From NCBI GenBank assembly GCA_963771275.1, contig CAVYSW010000003.1, positions 1,024,001 to 1,088,000 of the forward strand: a stretch of DNA of 64,000 bases, given 5' to 3'. The translations under genes were made by a program, and so were the position numbers. The notes under the pieces are model-generated. The model ran no database searches, had not been told where the DNA came from, and saw only the letters and a list, made by a program, of their open reading frames with translations. Each line of letters starts with the position of its first letter. Within the stretch, counting starts at the first letter, position 1. Shown in pieces: positions 27,704 through 38,793 of this stretch. The DNA is from an uncultured Gemmatimonadales bacterium (GTDB lineage: Bacteria > Gemmatimonadota > Gemmatimonadetes > Gemmatimonadales > GWC2-71-9).

Positions 27704-29332
27704 TCACTCAGCGTCTTGATAGGGATACCGGTACTCCGTGGCCGGGCCGAAGTTCTCCTTGATGGAGCGCGCCGACACCCAGCGCACGATGTTCAGCATC
27801 GAGCCGGCCTTGTCGTTGGTCCCGCTCGCCCTGGCGCCGCCGAACGGCTGCTGCCCCACCACGGCGCCCGTCGGCTTGTCGTTGATGTAGAAGTTGCCGG
27901 CGGCGAACCGCAGCGCGTTGGCCGCCTCGCGGATGGCGCGCCGGTCGTTCGCAAACACCGCGCCCGTGAGCGCGTACGGCGACGTCTCGTTCACCAGCCG
28001 CAGCGTCTCCGCCCACTGGCGCTCCGGGTACACGTACAGCGTGAGCACCGGCCCGAAGATCTCCTCACACATGGTCCGGTAACCCGGCGCCTTCGCCTGG
28101 ATCAGCGTCGGACGGATGAAGTAGCCCTCGGACGCATCCGCCTCCCCACCCACGAGAATCTCCGCGTCCGGGGAGCGGCGTGCCCCGTCGATGTACTCGA
28201 CGATCGAGTCGAAGGCGGGCTTGTCGATCACCGCTCCCATGAAGTTGGAGAAGTCGGCGATGTCGCCCATCGGGATCGCGGCGATCTTGTCGAGCAGCTC
28301 TCCCTTGATCGCCTGCCACATGGTATCCGGCACGTACAGCCGCGACGCCGCGCTGCACTTCTGACCCTGGTACTCGTAGGCGCCCCGGATGATCGCCGTC
28401 ACGAGCGCGGCCCGATCGGCGCTGGCGTGGGCGACGATGAAGTCCTTCCCTCCGGTCTCGCCAACCAGGCGTGGGTAGACGCGGTAGTTGGCGATGTTCT
28501 CCCCCACGGTGCGCCACATGCCCTGGAACACGCCGGTGGACCCGGTGAAGTGGATCCCGGCGAGATCGGGATCGCTCAGCACGGCGCTCGAGATCGCGCC
28601 GGCGTCGCCCGGCAGGAAGTTGATCACCCCCGGTGGCAGCCCGGCCGCCTCGAGCAGCCGGAAGTTGTAGTACGAGCTCAGAACGGCGGTCGAGGCTGGC
28701 TTCCACACCACGGTGTTGCCGACGATCGCCGGGGCGGTGGGCAGGTTGGCACCGATCGACGTGAAATTGAACGGCGTGACCGCCCACACGAACCCCTCGA
28801 GCGGACGGTACTCGATGCGGTTCCAGATCCCGCGATCCGAGACCGGCTGGTCCTTGAACAGCCGCTCGGCGAAGTACACGTTGAAGCGCCAGAAGTCGAT
28901 CACTTCGGCGGCCGCGTCGATCTCGGCCTGGTGCGCGGTCTTGCTCTGCCCCAGCATCGTCGCGGCGTTCAGCGTCTGGCGCCACGAGGTGGACAGCAGC
29001 TCGGCCGCCCGCAGGAACACCGCCACGCGGTCCTGCCAGCGCCACGAGGACCACTCGCGATGGGCTTCCCTGGCCGCGGCGATGGCCTGCTTGGCTTCCT
29101 CCACGCCAGCGCGATGCCAGGTGGCGAGCACGTGCCCGTGGCGGTGCGGCATGACGACCTGCTTGGTGCGGCCGGTGCGGATCTCCCGGCCACCGATGAT
29201 CACGGGAATCTCGATGGCGCTGGCGGCCATCCGGGCGAGCGTATCCTTCAGGGCGGCCCGTTCGGGACTGCAGGGGGCGTACGAATAGACCGGCTCGTTC
29301 GCCGGCTTCGGGATCCTGTATGCTCCACTCAT
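27704..29332 (-). CDS. pruA: L-glutamate gamma-semialdehyde (P5C) dehydrogenase
   Basis: Start re-called at MSGAYRIP. Motifs GQSKT..QAEID, TPFNFT, GETGGKDF, YQGQKCSAAS and FGGARASGTNDKAG. Confidence 0.95.
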   Translation of the reverse strand: MSGAYRIPKPANEPVYSYAPCSPERAALKDTLARMAASAIEIPVIIGGREIRTGRTKQVVMPHRHGHVLATWHRAGVEEAKQAIAAAREAHREWSSWRWQDRVAVFLRAAELLSTSWRQTLNAATMLGQSKTAHQAEIDAAAEVIDFWRFNVYFAERLFKDQPVSDRGIWNRIEYRPLEGFVWAVTPFNFTSIGANLPTAPAIVGNTVVWKPASTAVLSSYYNFRLLEAAGLPPGVINFLPGDAGAISSAVLSDPDLAGIHFTGSTGVFQGMWRTVGENIANYRVYPRLVGETGGKDFIVAHASADRAALVTAIIRGAYEYQGQKCSAASRLYVPDTMWQAIKGELLDKIAAIPMGDIADFSNFMGAVIDKPAFDSIVEYIDGARRSPDAEILVGGEADASEGYFIRPTLIQAKAPGYRTMCEEIFGPVLTLYVYPERQWAETLRLVNETSPYALTGAVFANDRRAIREAANALRFAAGNFYINDKPTGAVVGQQPFGGARASGTNDKAGSMLNIVRWVSARSIKENFGPATEYRYPYQDAE

Positions 29333-29411
29333 CAGAGGGCTCCTGGTTGGCTCCCGGAATCTACAGGCGGGACTCCGGAAGCCAACGGCGTCCCTGTGCG
29401 GGCCCGGTGGG

Positions 29412-30125
29412 TCAGGCCGCGCGCACCGCCTGCACCTGCACCGGTCCCGCAACCGGCGCCCGCACGTTCCACCGATACCCGGCCCAGATCAGGGCAAGGC
29501 CGAGAAACTCGGTGACGTACAGCACCTCCGTGTACCCCAGGCGGGTGGCCGTCCCGCCGATCCCCGGCAGCAGCGCGCCGACGGCGATCAGCACGTTGCC
29601 CACGAACCGGTGGTGCGTCTCGCGGCGGCGTGAGTACCGTACCGCGGAGGCAATCGCACCTCCGATGAGGAACACGACCGCGTAGGTGTTGATGAACGGG
29701 CTGAACAACCGGACCCACTGCCAGGCGAGCACCTTTCCCGTGAGGCGGTACGGCTCGACCAGCGCGGTGTCGACCGGCGACAACACGGCGGCGAGCGCCG
29801 CGACGGCGATGAACGTGACGAGCACCACCGACAGGCGGTTCGCCGTGCGCCGCGCGCACAGCAGGTAGACGGTGCCCTGCGCGAGCGGCGCCCCGCCGAG
29901 CAGCGCCCCCGTGATATACCAAGCCTTGAACAGCGCCAGGTGCCACCCGAACAGCGTGACCGACGCCTCGGTGAGGGTTCCCGCCGCGAAGGTGAGCACC
30001 CCCGCCGCCCACCACAGCAGGTGGGGGCCGGACCGGCGCTGGCGGTAGCGCTGGGCGATCACCAGCGCGAACGCCAGCGCCATCAGGCTGGTCCCGATCG
30101 GGATGTAGTCGACCAGTGGGCGCAT
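29412..30125 (-). CDS. Multi-pass membrane hypothetical protein
   Basis: About 7 hydrophobic segments; 'AWYITGALLGGAPLAQGTVYLL'; lies 3 nt downstream of the TonB receptor. Confidence 0.8.
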   Translation of the reverse strand: MRPLVDYIPIGTSLMALAFALVIAQRYRQRRSGPHLLWWAAGVLTFAAGTLTEASVTLFGWHLALFKAWYITGALLGGAPLAQGTVYLLCARRTANRLSVVLVTFIAVAALAAVLSPVDTALVEPYRLTGKVLAWQWVRLFSPFINTYAVVFLIGGAIASAVRYSRRRETHHRFVGNVLIAVGALLPGIGGTATRLGYTEVLYVTEFLGLALIWAGYRWNVRAPVAGPVQVQAVRAA

Positions 30126-30128
30126 GGT

Positions 30129-32318
30129 CTAGAACGTCACGTCGTAGGTGACGACGAGGCTGCGCTTGGGCTCCGGCCGGAAGAAGCTCACGTTCGAGAA
30201 TTCGGCGTAGAGCGCGTTGGTCAGGTTCGTGACGCCCAGGGAAAGGCGGTGCGCGAGCGTGCCGCGTCGCAGGACCGTCATGCCGGCGCGGATCGACATC
30301 GTCGTGAACGCCGGCAGCGTCGTGCCGATCGGGTTGCCCGGCGCGATCTCGGGATCCTTCCGCTCGAAGTTGTGCCGCGCGCGGTACTCAGCGAAGAACC
30401 GGTCGCTCGCGTCCTCGAACCGCACGAACCCCACGATCTGTGAGGAAAACGCGTCGCCGATCGGGTTGTTCTGGTCCTGGGTCACGTCCTTGGTGGCGAG
30501 GTGCGTGAAGTTGCCTCCCAGCGTGACCCCGACCGGCAGGCGCAGATCGCCGTTCAGCTCGATACCGCGTGCGCGCAGCCGGTCCACGTTGACGTTCTGG
30601 TAGACCGGCAGACCACCGATCACCGAGTCCGGCACCGCCTCGATCCGGATCCCGTTGGCGATCTGGTTCTGGAACACGAACCCCTCCACGAACACGAGCC
30701 GGTCGCGGTAGCGCAGGCCCAGGTCTCCATTGAGGCTCGTTTCGGCCTTGAGGCTCGTGTTCGGGATCTCGTAGCCGAACCCCTCGGGGGTCGGGCCGTT
30801 GAAGAACCGCTCGATCAGGTTGGGTGATCGGAACGCGCGCCCGAAGGATCCCACGAGACTCACCCGATCGGTGATGCCGACGATCGCGTTGACCGAGCCG
30901 ACGAGGGTCCGGTCGGTGGCGCTGACGGCGGAGCCGGTGACGCCGGGCGTCGAATCGGCGTGCGCGTGCACGTCCTGGTAGCGCGCGCCCACGATGAGCG
31001 AGGCGCGGTCGGCCAGACGGAACTCGCTCTGCGCGAACAGGCCCACGCTGCGGAAGCGCGCCCGCGGTACCAGCGGCGCCGTCGACGAATCGGTCATCAG
31101 CGGGCCGAAGCCGTACATCGTCGTCAAGTTGGTGTCGCTGTTCTGCGAGGCGTCACGGAAGATGTCGCCGCCGTACGTGAGCGCGACGCGGGAGCCCAGC
31201 AGCTTCTTCGCCTCCAGTCGGCCGCCGAGCGTCGCGATGTCGGTGAAGTTGCGCTGCGTGACGAGCAGGCCCGACGCCGTGTCGAACGGGATCCCGATAT
31301 CGAGCGACAGGCGCCGCCGGTTGGTCTGGCGGTAGCCGATCACCTCCACGCGGTCGGCGATCGGCAGCTCCAGGCTCACCCCGGTGTACCCGGCGGTCAC
31401 CTTGGTGAAGCGCTGGTAGGGATAGCGAATCTGGATGTCCGGCTCACCGGGAGCGTACGCCGCCGGATCCACGTATCCGAACGCCGCCGAGTCGGCGGCG
31501 TACCGCTCGTAGCGCACATACAGATCCTGCCCGCGCCCCAGCCGATACCCCAGGTACCCTTCTCCGCTGTAATCCCGGAGGCCGGTGTCGTTCACTCGCG
31601 TGTCGTTCGCGAGCGTAATGTCTCCAAAGCTCCCGGCCGGGGCGAAGTAGGGCGCCGTGTGCCGGAAGGCGCCCCGCCCGAGCAACGAAACGGCGCCGAA
31701 CCGCGCCGTGACGGCACCGCGAACGTTCTGCTGATCGTCGTCCGTGCTGTAGCGGTAGCCCGCCGTCCCGTGGAGGCCCTCGAGCTGCGGCCGCTGCGTG
31801 ATGATGTTCACCACGCCCCCGATCGCGTCGCTTCCGTAGAGTACCGACGCCGGCCCGCGGACGATCTCCACCCGGTCCACGCTGGCGATGTCGACCAGGC
31901 CGGGGATCTCGCCGAAGTCCGACTGGCGGCGGCTGTTGTTGAGCCGCAGCCCGTCTTCGAGCAGGAGCACGCGCTGCCCGCTCTGGCCGCGGATCACCGG
32001 GCGGACCTGGTTGGTCCCGACCCCGGTCACGTCCAGGCCGGCCAGACCGCGAAACAGGTCGCTCACCGAGTTCGGGACCCGCTGGGTGATCGCCCTCCGG
32101 TCGATCACGCTGACCGGCGTCGGGACGTCGAACACGCTGGTCTCGGTGCGGGTCGCCGTGACCGTGATCGGCGTGAGCCGCACGGCGGCCGAGTCGCGGC
32201 GCGTCGTGTCGCGCGCCGCCGCCCCACGCTGCGCCGCCACCGGCGCCGCGCCACTCGCCAGGAACAGGCCTGCCGCGATGACCCGGCCGGCCCGGCATTT
32301 CCACGATGAGAATGACAT
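30129..32318 (-). CDS. TonB-dependent outer membrane receptor (heme/cobalamin-like subgroup uncertain)
   Basis: TonB box 'ITVTATR', plug 'VEIVRGPASVLYGSDAIGGVVNIIT', FRSP...NTSLKAE, C-terminal Phe. Confidence 0.93.
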   Translation of the reverse strand: MSFSSWKCRAGRVIAAGLFLASGAAPVAAQRGAAARDTTRRDSAAVRLTPITVTATRTETSVFDVPTPVSVIDRRAITQRVPNSVSDLFRGLAGLDVTGVGTNQVRPVIRGQSGQRVLLLEDGLRLNNSRRQSDFGEIPGLVDIASVDRVEIVRGPASVLYGSDAIGGVVNIITQRPQLEGLHGTAGYRYSTDDDQQNVRGAVTARFGAVSLLGRGAFRHTAPYFAPAGSFGDITLANDTRVNDTGLRDYSGEGYLGYRLGRGQDLYVRYERYAADSAAFGYVDPAAYAPGEPDIQIRYPYQRFTKVTAGYTGVSLELPIADRVEVIGYRQTNRRRLSLDIGIPFDTASGLLVTQRNFTDIATLGGRLEAKKLLGSRVALTYGGDIFRDASQNSDTNLTTMYGFGPLMTDSSTAPLVPRARFRSVGLFAQSEFRLADRASLIVGARYQDVHAHADSTPGVTGSAVSATDRTLVGSVNAIVGITDRVSLVGSFGRAFRSPNLIERFFNGPTPEGFGYEIPNTSLKAETSLNGDLGLRYRDRLVFVEGFVFQNQIANGIRIEAVPDSVIGGLPVYQNVNVDRLRARGIELNGDLRLPVGVTLGGNFTHLATKDVTQDQNNPIGDAFSSQIVGFVRFEDASDRFFAEYRARHNFERKDPEIAPGNPIGTTLPAFTTMSIRAGMTVLRRGTLAHRLSLGVTNLTNALYAEFSNVSFFRPEPKRSLVVTYDVTF

Positions 32319-32434
32319 GTGCTCCTCAAGGCTGTGTGTCCGGCCCGCGCCAACCCGTGGCGCGGTCCAAACAGGCTAAAGGAGCGTGATTATCCGGGGT
32401 ATTCGTGAAGATCCGGGCGGGCGAGTCCGGAAAA

Positions 32435-33103
32435 CTACCGATCGTCCTCGCCTAAGAGGCCCGTTTCCAGTGCGAAGCGGGTCAGCTCCGCGACCGACCG
32501 CACCCCGAGCTTCTTAAGGATGTTCTCACGATGGGTTTCGACGGTCCTGTGGCTGATGCCGAGTTCCGTCGCGGTTTCCTTGTTGGTGCGCCCCGCCACG
32601 ATGCGGCGGAGCACATCCAGCTCACGCGTCGTGAGGCGCTCGCGCCGCTGGGCCTGCTCGCTCCGCTCGGCCTCCTGTCGCAGGGCGACGTTGAGCTGGC
32701 GCGTCGTGGCGGCGCTGAACGCACTCTCGCCCCGGGACACCCGGCGGATCGCGTCGCGCAGCTCCGCAGGGGACGAGTCCTTCAGCACGTACCCATCCGC
32801 TCCGGCGCGCACCGCTTCCAGCACGTACTCCGTATTGTCGTAGACGCTGAGCATCAGGATCATCGTGGTGGGCAGCAGCCGCTTGAGCCGGCGCGCCACC
32901 TCGAGACCAGACTCGCCCGGGAGCGACACGTCGAGCACGACGACATCCGGCACTCCGGCTTCAGCCTGGGTGATCGCCTCGTCGGCGTTCCCCGCCTCGC
33001 CGATCACCATGAAGCCCGCCTCCGCTTCGAGGACCTGGCGGATGCCCTGGCGAACGATCGCGTGGTCATCGACGACCAGCACGCGAATCCTGCCCTCGTT
33101 CAT
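32435..33103 (-). CDS. NarL/LuxR-family response regulator
   Basis: VVDDHAIVRQG REC domain; LTTRELDVL...TVETHRENI HTH. Confidence 0.95.
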   Translation of the reverse strand: MNEGRIRVLVVDDHAIVRQGIRQVLEAEAGFMVIGEAGNADEAITQAEAGVPDVVVLDVSLPGESGLEVARRLKRLLPTTMILMLSVYDNTEYVLEAVRAGADGYVLKDSSPAELRDAIRRVSRGESAFSAATTRQLNVALRQEAERSEQAQRRERLTTRELDVLRRIVAGRTNKETATELGISHRTVETHRENILKKLGVRSVAELTRFALETGLLGEDDR

Positions 33104-34869
33104 GACCGATCCTCCGCCCCCGTCGGGACCCGAACCCGCAGGCGGACGCCGCCCTCCGGCGCCGCCTGGACCGTCACGCTGCCGCCGAGCGCGCTGATGC
33201 GCTCCCGCATGCCCGCCAGGCCCATGTGTCCCCGCCGCTCAAACTGCTCCGCCGTCATCCCGGCGGGTAGCCCTCGGCCGTTATCCGCCACGTCGAGCTC
33301 CACCGCCGCGTCCCGCGCCTGCACCGTCACGTCCACCGTGGTGGCACCGGCGTGGCGCACGACGTTCGCCAGGCCCTCCTGGAGCGCGCGGAACAGCCCC
33401 AGCTCGGCCGCCTCCGACGTGGCCGGCAGGCTGGGCGGGGCATGCAGCCTGACGTCGAGATCGCCGCGGGCATCGAAGTCCCGCACCAGCGCCCGCAGCG
33501 CGGGCAGCAGGCCGAGCTCGTCGAGCAGCGACGGCCGCAGGTCGTTGGTCACGTTCCGGATGCTGCGGATGCCGGCGTCGATCAGCCCGAGCGAGCGGTC
33601 GAGGCGCGGCACCAAGGCCGGCGCAGCCTGCTCGCGCAGCAGGCCGAGCTCGAGTTTCACCGCCGCGAACACCTGGGCGGTCTCGTCGTGCAGCTCCCGC
33701 GACAGGCGGCGTCGCTCATCCTCATGCTGGTGCACCATTCGCGCGGCAAGCCGCTCGAGGTCGGCCGTCCGCGCCTCCAGCCGGCGGTCGAGGTCCGCGT
33801 TCTCCAGCGCCGCGCCCATTTGCTGTCCCAGGGCAACGAGGAACCGCGTGTCGAGCGCCGCGAACGGATCCCGCGCGTCGCCGACGATGACGAGTGCGCC
33901 CGTGACGGACGCCCCACGGAATATCGGAAGCGCCGCGGCGTAGGCGTAGCGCGACGCCCCGTCTGCCCCGGAGGCCCGCTGGCGAGCCACTTCCGGCTGT
34001 CCCGACCGCAGCGTGCGGCTGATCGCGTCGGCCGCGGCTGCGGACGGCTCCTGACCGGCCCAGCCGGCGCAGACGCCGGTGCCCTGCGCGTAGCGCCCGG
34101 TGGTCGCGGCGTACATCGCGGCTCCCCGCACGCCCGTGAGCTGGAGCGTGCCTTCGAGCAACGGCCGCACCACCTCGTGCTGACGGCCGCCCCCCTGCAG
34201 GCGGCCGGAGACGGCCGACAGCGCCTCGAGCCCGCGCTGGAGGTCTTCGAGGACCAGCAGGAGCGTCCCCGCGCCGACCCCCAGCACGAACAGCAGGTCG
34301 AGGTAGTAGCCCCACGGATTCCAGGCCCCGCGGGCCCGGAGGAACGGGTAGTCGAGATGGTGCACGCCCCAGAGAAACAGCACCACCGCGAGGGCGAGCG
34401 CCGCCACCGACCCCACGCGCTGGTGGTAGCGGAGGAACTCCCAGCCAGCCCACAACGTGGCCCCGGCGAGAAACACGACGGCCGGTGCGGCCGCCAGCAG
34501 GAAGTTCTCCATCTGATAGATCGCGACGTACGACCACAGCGGCGGAAACAGGACCACCAGGAGATAGCGGTGGCGCCAGCGGAGCTGCTGCGCGAACACC
34601 AGCGCCGCCCACAGCAGGGCCAGGGCGGTCCACCCCGTAACCACCTGATGCCAGTAGAGCCACGACCAATCCTGGGTCATCAGGAAGCTGATGATGGCGC
34701 CCAGGCGGAGCACGTACAGCAGCCACGCGAGCGCGAACCAGCCGAAGTACGGCTTGCGGTACCGGCGGTACAGGAACGTGAACAGCCCCGCCAGCCCCAG
34801 CATCACGGCCGCCTGGAGCAGGGCCGCGGCGAGTTCCGGGGGTGACAGGGCGGTGACGTCGGCCTGCAT
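33100..34869 (-). CDS. Membrane sensor histidine kinase (7TM + GAF + HisKA_3 + HATPase)
   Basis: ERRRLSRELHDE H-box; QEGLANVVRHA, DNGRG and GLAGMRER. ATGA overlap with the response regulator. Confidence 0.92.
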   Translation of the reverse strand: MQADVTALSPPELAAALLQAAVMLGLAGLFTFLYRRYRKPYFGWFALAWLLYVLRLGAIISFLMTQDWSWLYWHQVVTGWTALALLWAALVFAQQLRWRHRYLLVVLFPPLWSYVAIYQMENFLLAAAPAVVFLAGATLWAGWEFLRYHQRVGSVAALALAVVLFLWGVHHLDYPFLRARGAWNPWGYYLDLLFVLGVGAGTLLLVLEDLQRGLEALSAVSGRLQGGGRQHEVVRPLLEGTLQLTGVRGAAMYAATTGRYAQGTGVCAGWAGQEPSAAAADAISRTLRSGQPEVARQRASGADGASRYAYAAALPIFRGASVTGALVIVGDARDPFAALDTRFLVALGQQMGAALENADLDRRLEARTADLERLAARMVHQHEDERRRLSRELHDETAQVFAAVKLELGLLREQAAPALVPRLDRSLGLIDAGIRSIRNVTNDLRPSLLDELGLLPALRALVRDFDARGDLDVRLHAPPSLPATSEAAELGLFRALQEGLANVVRHAGATTVDVTVQARDAAVELDVADNGRGLPAGMTAEQFERRGHMGLAGMRERISALGGSVTVQAAPEGGVRLRVRVPTGAEDRS

Positions 34870-34929
34870 GGTCAGCAAACAAACCCGGCCTCGGCTCGCG
34901 AGGCAACGGGACGCCGGGAGCGGCGCGCT

Positions 34930-37900
34930 TCAGTCCGCGGCAGGGGGCCAATCCGGGGCGGGTCCGTCCAGGGTTTCCCGCACGCGGGTGAGCAACTCCG
35001 CGATGGCCCACGGCTTCGGCAGAAACGGGACGCCCGGCGCGATCTGCTCCTCCCAGGGCATCTCACCTTCCGCATAGCCGCTGGTGAACAGGAAGCGCGG
35101 CCGGTGCGGCATGCGGCTCACCGCCTCGAACAGCTTGCGACCCGAGAGCCGGGGCATGAGCACGTCCGCGATCACGAGCGCGATGTCTTTGCCGGAGGAT
35201 TCCAGCAGTCCGAGGGCCTCCAGCCCGTCGGCGGCGGCGAGCACGCGGTAGCCGAACTGCTCGAGCACACGCGTGGCCGACCGCCGGATGCTCGCCTCGT
35301 CCTCCACCAGCAGGAGGAGCTCCGTGCCCCCGCGCACCGTTCCGTCGGCCGGTCGCGCCGCCGGGTCCGGTGCCGGCGCGGCGCCGGCGGCGACGGTCGG
35401 GAGGTAGACGCGGAAGCTCGAGCCGTGGGCCATGCGGCTGTCGACCACGATGTAGCCGTGATGCTGCTTCACGAGCCCGTAGACCATCGCGAGGCCGAGT
35501 CCCGTGCCCTTGCCGATGGGCTTGGTAGTGAAGAACGGCTCGAAGACCCGCGCCCGCGTGGCTTCGTCCATGCCCGCTCCGGTGTCGCGCAGCTCCAGGC
35601 ACATGTAGCGGCCCCGCTGGCCGAACCCCCATTGCAGACACTGGGCGTCGTCGAGCTCGACCGGAAGCGTGACGATGTGCAGCAGCCCTCCCTCCGGCAT
35701 CGCGTCGCGCGCATTCGTGGCGAGGTTGAGGATGATCTGCAGGATCGCCCCGCGGTCGGCCCAGATTCGGTCCGCCGTGGGCTCGGCGGTCACGCGCATC
35801 TCGATGCTCTCGGGGAGCAGCCGGCGGAGCATGGCGCTCGCTTCGGACGCGACGATCGCCAGATCCAGTTGCTCGAGCGCGAGCGGCTCCCGCCGGCTGA
35901 ACGCCATCAGCTTGCGAATCAGCTCGGCGCCTCGCCCCGCCGCTGTCTTGACATCCTCGACGTCGCGGCGCAGCTCGGTGAGGTGTGCCGGCAGCGACGA
36001 GGCGATGTAGTCGGCGTTGGCGAGCACCGTCGTGAGGATGTTGTTGAAGTCGTGCGCGATCCCGCCGGTGAGCTGCCCGACCGCCTCCATCCGCTGCGAG
36101 TGGCGCAGCTGCCGCTCGAGCATTCTGCGCTCGGTCACGTCCTCCACGATCATCTCGAACGCTTCGATCTCGCCCGCGGCGTTGCGCACCTGCCGCCCAT
36201 TCAGCTGCACGCGGATCGGGCGCCCGTCCTTGCGAACCCAGTCCACCTCGACGCGCTCGACCCGGTCCGCGCCCGCGTAGCGTTGCATCAGCGCCGCGCG
36301 CTGACCCGGGATGGCGTAGACCTGTTCCATGCCGGCGGCAAGCAGCTCACCCACCGAGTCGTACCGCAGCATCTCTGCCAGCGCGGGATTCGCCATGAGG
36401 AGCCGGCCGGCCGGCGTGGAGCGGTACAGCCCGTAGGTCACGTGGTCGACGAGCGCACGGTAGTCGATTTCGGACGTCCGGAGCCGGTCCTCGATCGTGC
36501 GGCGGTGCCGGGCGGCGGCGAGCACGTGGGCAACCGTCTGGACGAACCCCGCATCCTCGGGCGTGAACGCGTGGACCGCGCTGCTGTGCGCGCCCAAGAC
36601 GCCGTGCGGGCGATCCGATGGCCCAATCACGACGCTGAGTCCACTGCGCACGCCATGGTCCTTGAGCAGCGGCGGCGCGCAGAACCGGCGCTCCGTGGCG
36701 AAGTCCGCCACGACCACGGGGCTCCCGACGCGGAGCGTATACCCCCCCTGCGAGCCTTCGTCAGCGGGAACCGTTGCGATCCCCACGGCGCCCGGACGCC
36801 AGCCGACCCCCGCGGTGAGTCGCAGGAGGTCGGCCTCCGCGTCATACGCCAGGATCTTCGCGAATTCGACGCCGAGGGTGGTCGCCACGAGTTGGACCGC
36901 GTGCATCTCGAGGCGGCCGAGGTCCGCCGACTCGAGCGCCGCCCGGCCCAGCTCGGCCACGGCGGCCTGCTGCCGCACCCGGGTCTCCAGCTCCGCCGCC
37001 CCGCGCTTGCGCTCGGTGATGTCGCGGTAGGTCCCGACGATCGCCTGCACGCTCGGATCGTCGAGCAGATTGACGCCGGCGGCTTCGACCCACCGCCACG
37101 TCCCGTCCTGGTGGCGGACCCGCAGCTCCATCGGCACACCCAGCTCGGGGGGGTCCCGCATGTCGCGAAACGCGCTGGTGACCAGGGCATGATCGTCGGG
37201 ATGGATGAAATCGAAGATCGAATGGTCGATGACGTCCGTGGGGCGATGACCGAGCACGCGCTCGACGGATGGCGTGATGTAGCGAATCCCGCCGTCCGCA
37301 TCGACCAGGTTGATCACGTCCCACCCGTGCTCGACGAGCCGGCGGAACCGTCGTTCACTGGCTTCCATCGCCGCCGTGGCGCGCTCGCGCTCGCTCAGGT
37401 CGCGGGCCACGGCGATGATGCGGCCGTCGGGCAGCCGTCGGAGGTTCGCTTCCACGCGCACCCGCGTGCCATCACGCCGCACGAACACGCGGCGGACCAT
37501 GACGGTCTGCTCCGGCTCCACCGCGTCGAGCCGCACCGGCTGCTGCGCGAGATCCTCAGGCGCCACCAGATCGGTGACGCGCTTTCCGATCAGCTCCTCG
37601 CGCGCGTAGCCGAGCAGCTCGCAGGCGGCGGGATTGACCTCGGTCCAGCGCCCATCCGGGTCCGCGAGGAAGATGCCGTCCGAGGCGTGATTCACCACGA
37701 GCTCGAGACGCTTGCGGCTCTCCCCCAGGGCGTGCCGTGTCGCCTCCTGCTCCGTCACGTCCCGCGCCGTGAGCACGATGGCCTCGACGGTGGGGTCGTC
37801 GAGCTGGTAGTTGGCGCTCACCTCGAGGAGGCGCCATGAACCGTCGGCGTGCCGCACGCGCAGGCGCACCGCCGGAGCCGGCCCCGCGACGTCGACGCGC

Positions 37901-38397
37901 TCGCTGAACCACCGGGTCACGCGCGCGACCTCGTCCGGATGCAGCAGGTCGAACACCGGGCGGCCCACCACGCTGCGCGGCTCGACCCCGAGCACCGCCT
38001 GGACCGCGGGGCTGGCGTACTCGATGCTGCCCGCCCGGTCGAGGCGGACTACGATGTCGAGCACGTTGGCCAGCAGCGAGCTGGCCCGACGCTCGGCGTC
38101 CGCCACGAGCTGGACGGCGCGGTTGGCGCGCTGGAAGACGGACCCGATGAGGACGGTCCCGACGAGCAGCAGCAGCGAGGTTCCCAGCGCCACGACTTCG
38201 GCGTCGAAGCTGGGCGCCGCGTGTCCCTGCAGCACGCTCCACAGCACGACGGCGCGATGCACGGCCATCAGTGCCATGGCCGCCGCGAGAAGCACCCACG
38301 GCGATCGTCGCCCTGTGAGACCGATCAGGCGCAACGCGAACACCGTTGCACCCATCTGGAACGCGATCGACAGCAGCAGCAGGGCCGTGACGCTCAT
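34930..38397 (-). CDS. Hybrid sensor kinase (TM-PAS x4-GAF-HisKA-HATPase-REC), CckA-like architecture
   Basis: Several HPD-type PAS domains; [14 protein letters not shown] and [14 protein letters not shown]-terminal receiver. Confidence 0.93.
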   Translation of the reverse strand: MSVTALLLLSIAFQMGATVFALRLIGLTGRRSPWVLLAAAMALMAVHRAVVLWSVLQGHAAPSFDAEVVALGTSLLLLVGTVLIGSVFQRANRAVQLVADAERRASSLLANVLDIVVRLDRAGSIEYASPAVQAVLGVEPRSVVGRPVFDLLHPDEVARVTRWFSERVDVAGPAPAVRLRVRHADGSWRLLEVSANYQLDDPTVEAIVLTARDVTEQEATRHALGESRKRLELVVNHASDGIFLADPDGRWTEVNPAACELLGYAREELIGKRVTDLVAPEDLAQQPVRLDAVEPEQTVMVRRVFVRRDGTRVRVEANLRRLPDGRIIAVARDLSERERATAAMEASERRFRRLVEHGWDVINLVDADGGIRYITPSVERVLGHRPTDVIDHSIFDFIHPDDHALVTSAFRDMRDPPELGVPMELRVRHQDGTWRWVEAAGVNLLDDPSVQAIVGTYRDITERKRGAAELETRVRQQAAVAELGRAALESADLGRLEMHAVQLVATTLGVEFAKILAYDAEADLLRLTAGVGWRPGAVGIATVPADEGSQGGYTLRVGSPVVVADFATERRFCAPPLLKDHGVRSGLSVVIGPSDRPHGVLGAHSSAVHAFTPEDAGFVQTVAHVLAAARHRRTIEDRLRTSEIDYRALVDHVTYGLYRSTPAGRLLMANPALAEMLRYDSVGELLAAGMEQVYAIPGQRAALMQRYAGADRVERVEVDWVRKDGRPIRVQLNGRQVRNAAGEIEAFEMIVEDVTERRMLERQLRHSQRMEAVGQLTGGIAHDFNNILTTVLANADYIASSLPAHLTELRRDVEDVKTAAGRGAELIRKLMAFSRREPLALEQLDLAIVASEASAMLRRLLPESIEMRVTAEPTADRIWADRGAILQIILNLATNARDAMPEGGLLHIVTLPVELDDAQCLQWGFGQRGRYMCLELRDTGAGMDEATRARVFEPFFTTKPIGKGTGLGLAMVYGLVKQHHGYIVVDSRMAHGSSFRVYLPTVAAGAAPAPDPAARPADGTVRGGTELLLLVEDEASIRRSATRVLEQFGYRVLAAADGLEALGLLESSGKDIALVIADVLMPRLSGRKLFEAVSRMPHRPRFLFTSGYAEGEMPWEEQIAPGVPFLPKPWAIAELLTRVRETLDGPAPDWPPAAD

Positions 38398-38628
38398 GAT
38401 CTGGCCTTCATGATAGCGATCGCGCGTCGCGCCGCCAGCCGACCCGAGCGCGGTCTCCCAATGCGCGATGCGCCACCGTACCGTCGCCGGATGGGGCGTC
38501 GTGCTGCGACGGCCGGGACCCGTTACCTTCCGGGGGCGGCGGTCTCACGAACCCACGAGGCAACCTGACATCCCAGCGCCGGACCCCCGGCGGCCGCAGG
38601 CGACCCCCAGCACAGCGATGGAGCGGCC

Positions 38629-38793
38629 ATGACGGAATCAAAGAACCGCCGCACCGGTACCGATCGCCGGAAGCGCCGCGTGCGCGACGCGACTCGGCGC
38701 AAGCAGCAGACCCCGATGTCGATCGAGCGGCGGTCGGGGATGGACCGCCGCGCGCGCGATCGTCGAACCGGCAAGGACCGCCGACGCGACTAG
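38629..38793 (+). CDS. 54-aa arginine-rich repeat protein with three RR(T/S)GxDRR motifs (not in ORF track)
   Basis: GGAG SD 6 nt before the ATG. Translation MTESKNRRTGTDRRKRRVRDATRRKQQTPMSIERRSGMDRRARDRRTGKDRRRD*. Its TAG overlaps the convergent gene's stop. Confidence 0.75.
   Translation: MTESKNRRTGTDRRKRRVRDATRRKQQTPMSIERRSGMDRRARDRRTGKDRRRD

Noticed and set aside
35104..37839. Long antisense ORFs (911 aa here; also 24873..27236, 48370..50283, 27578..29515 and others)
   Set aside because: Shadow frames opposite well-supported genes, expected with high-GC codon bias; no domains.
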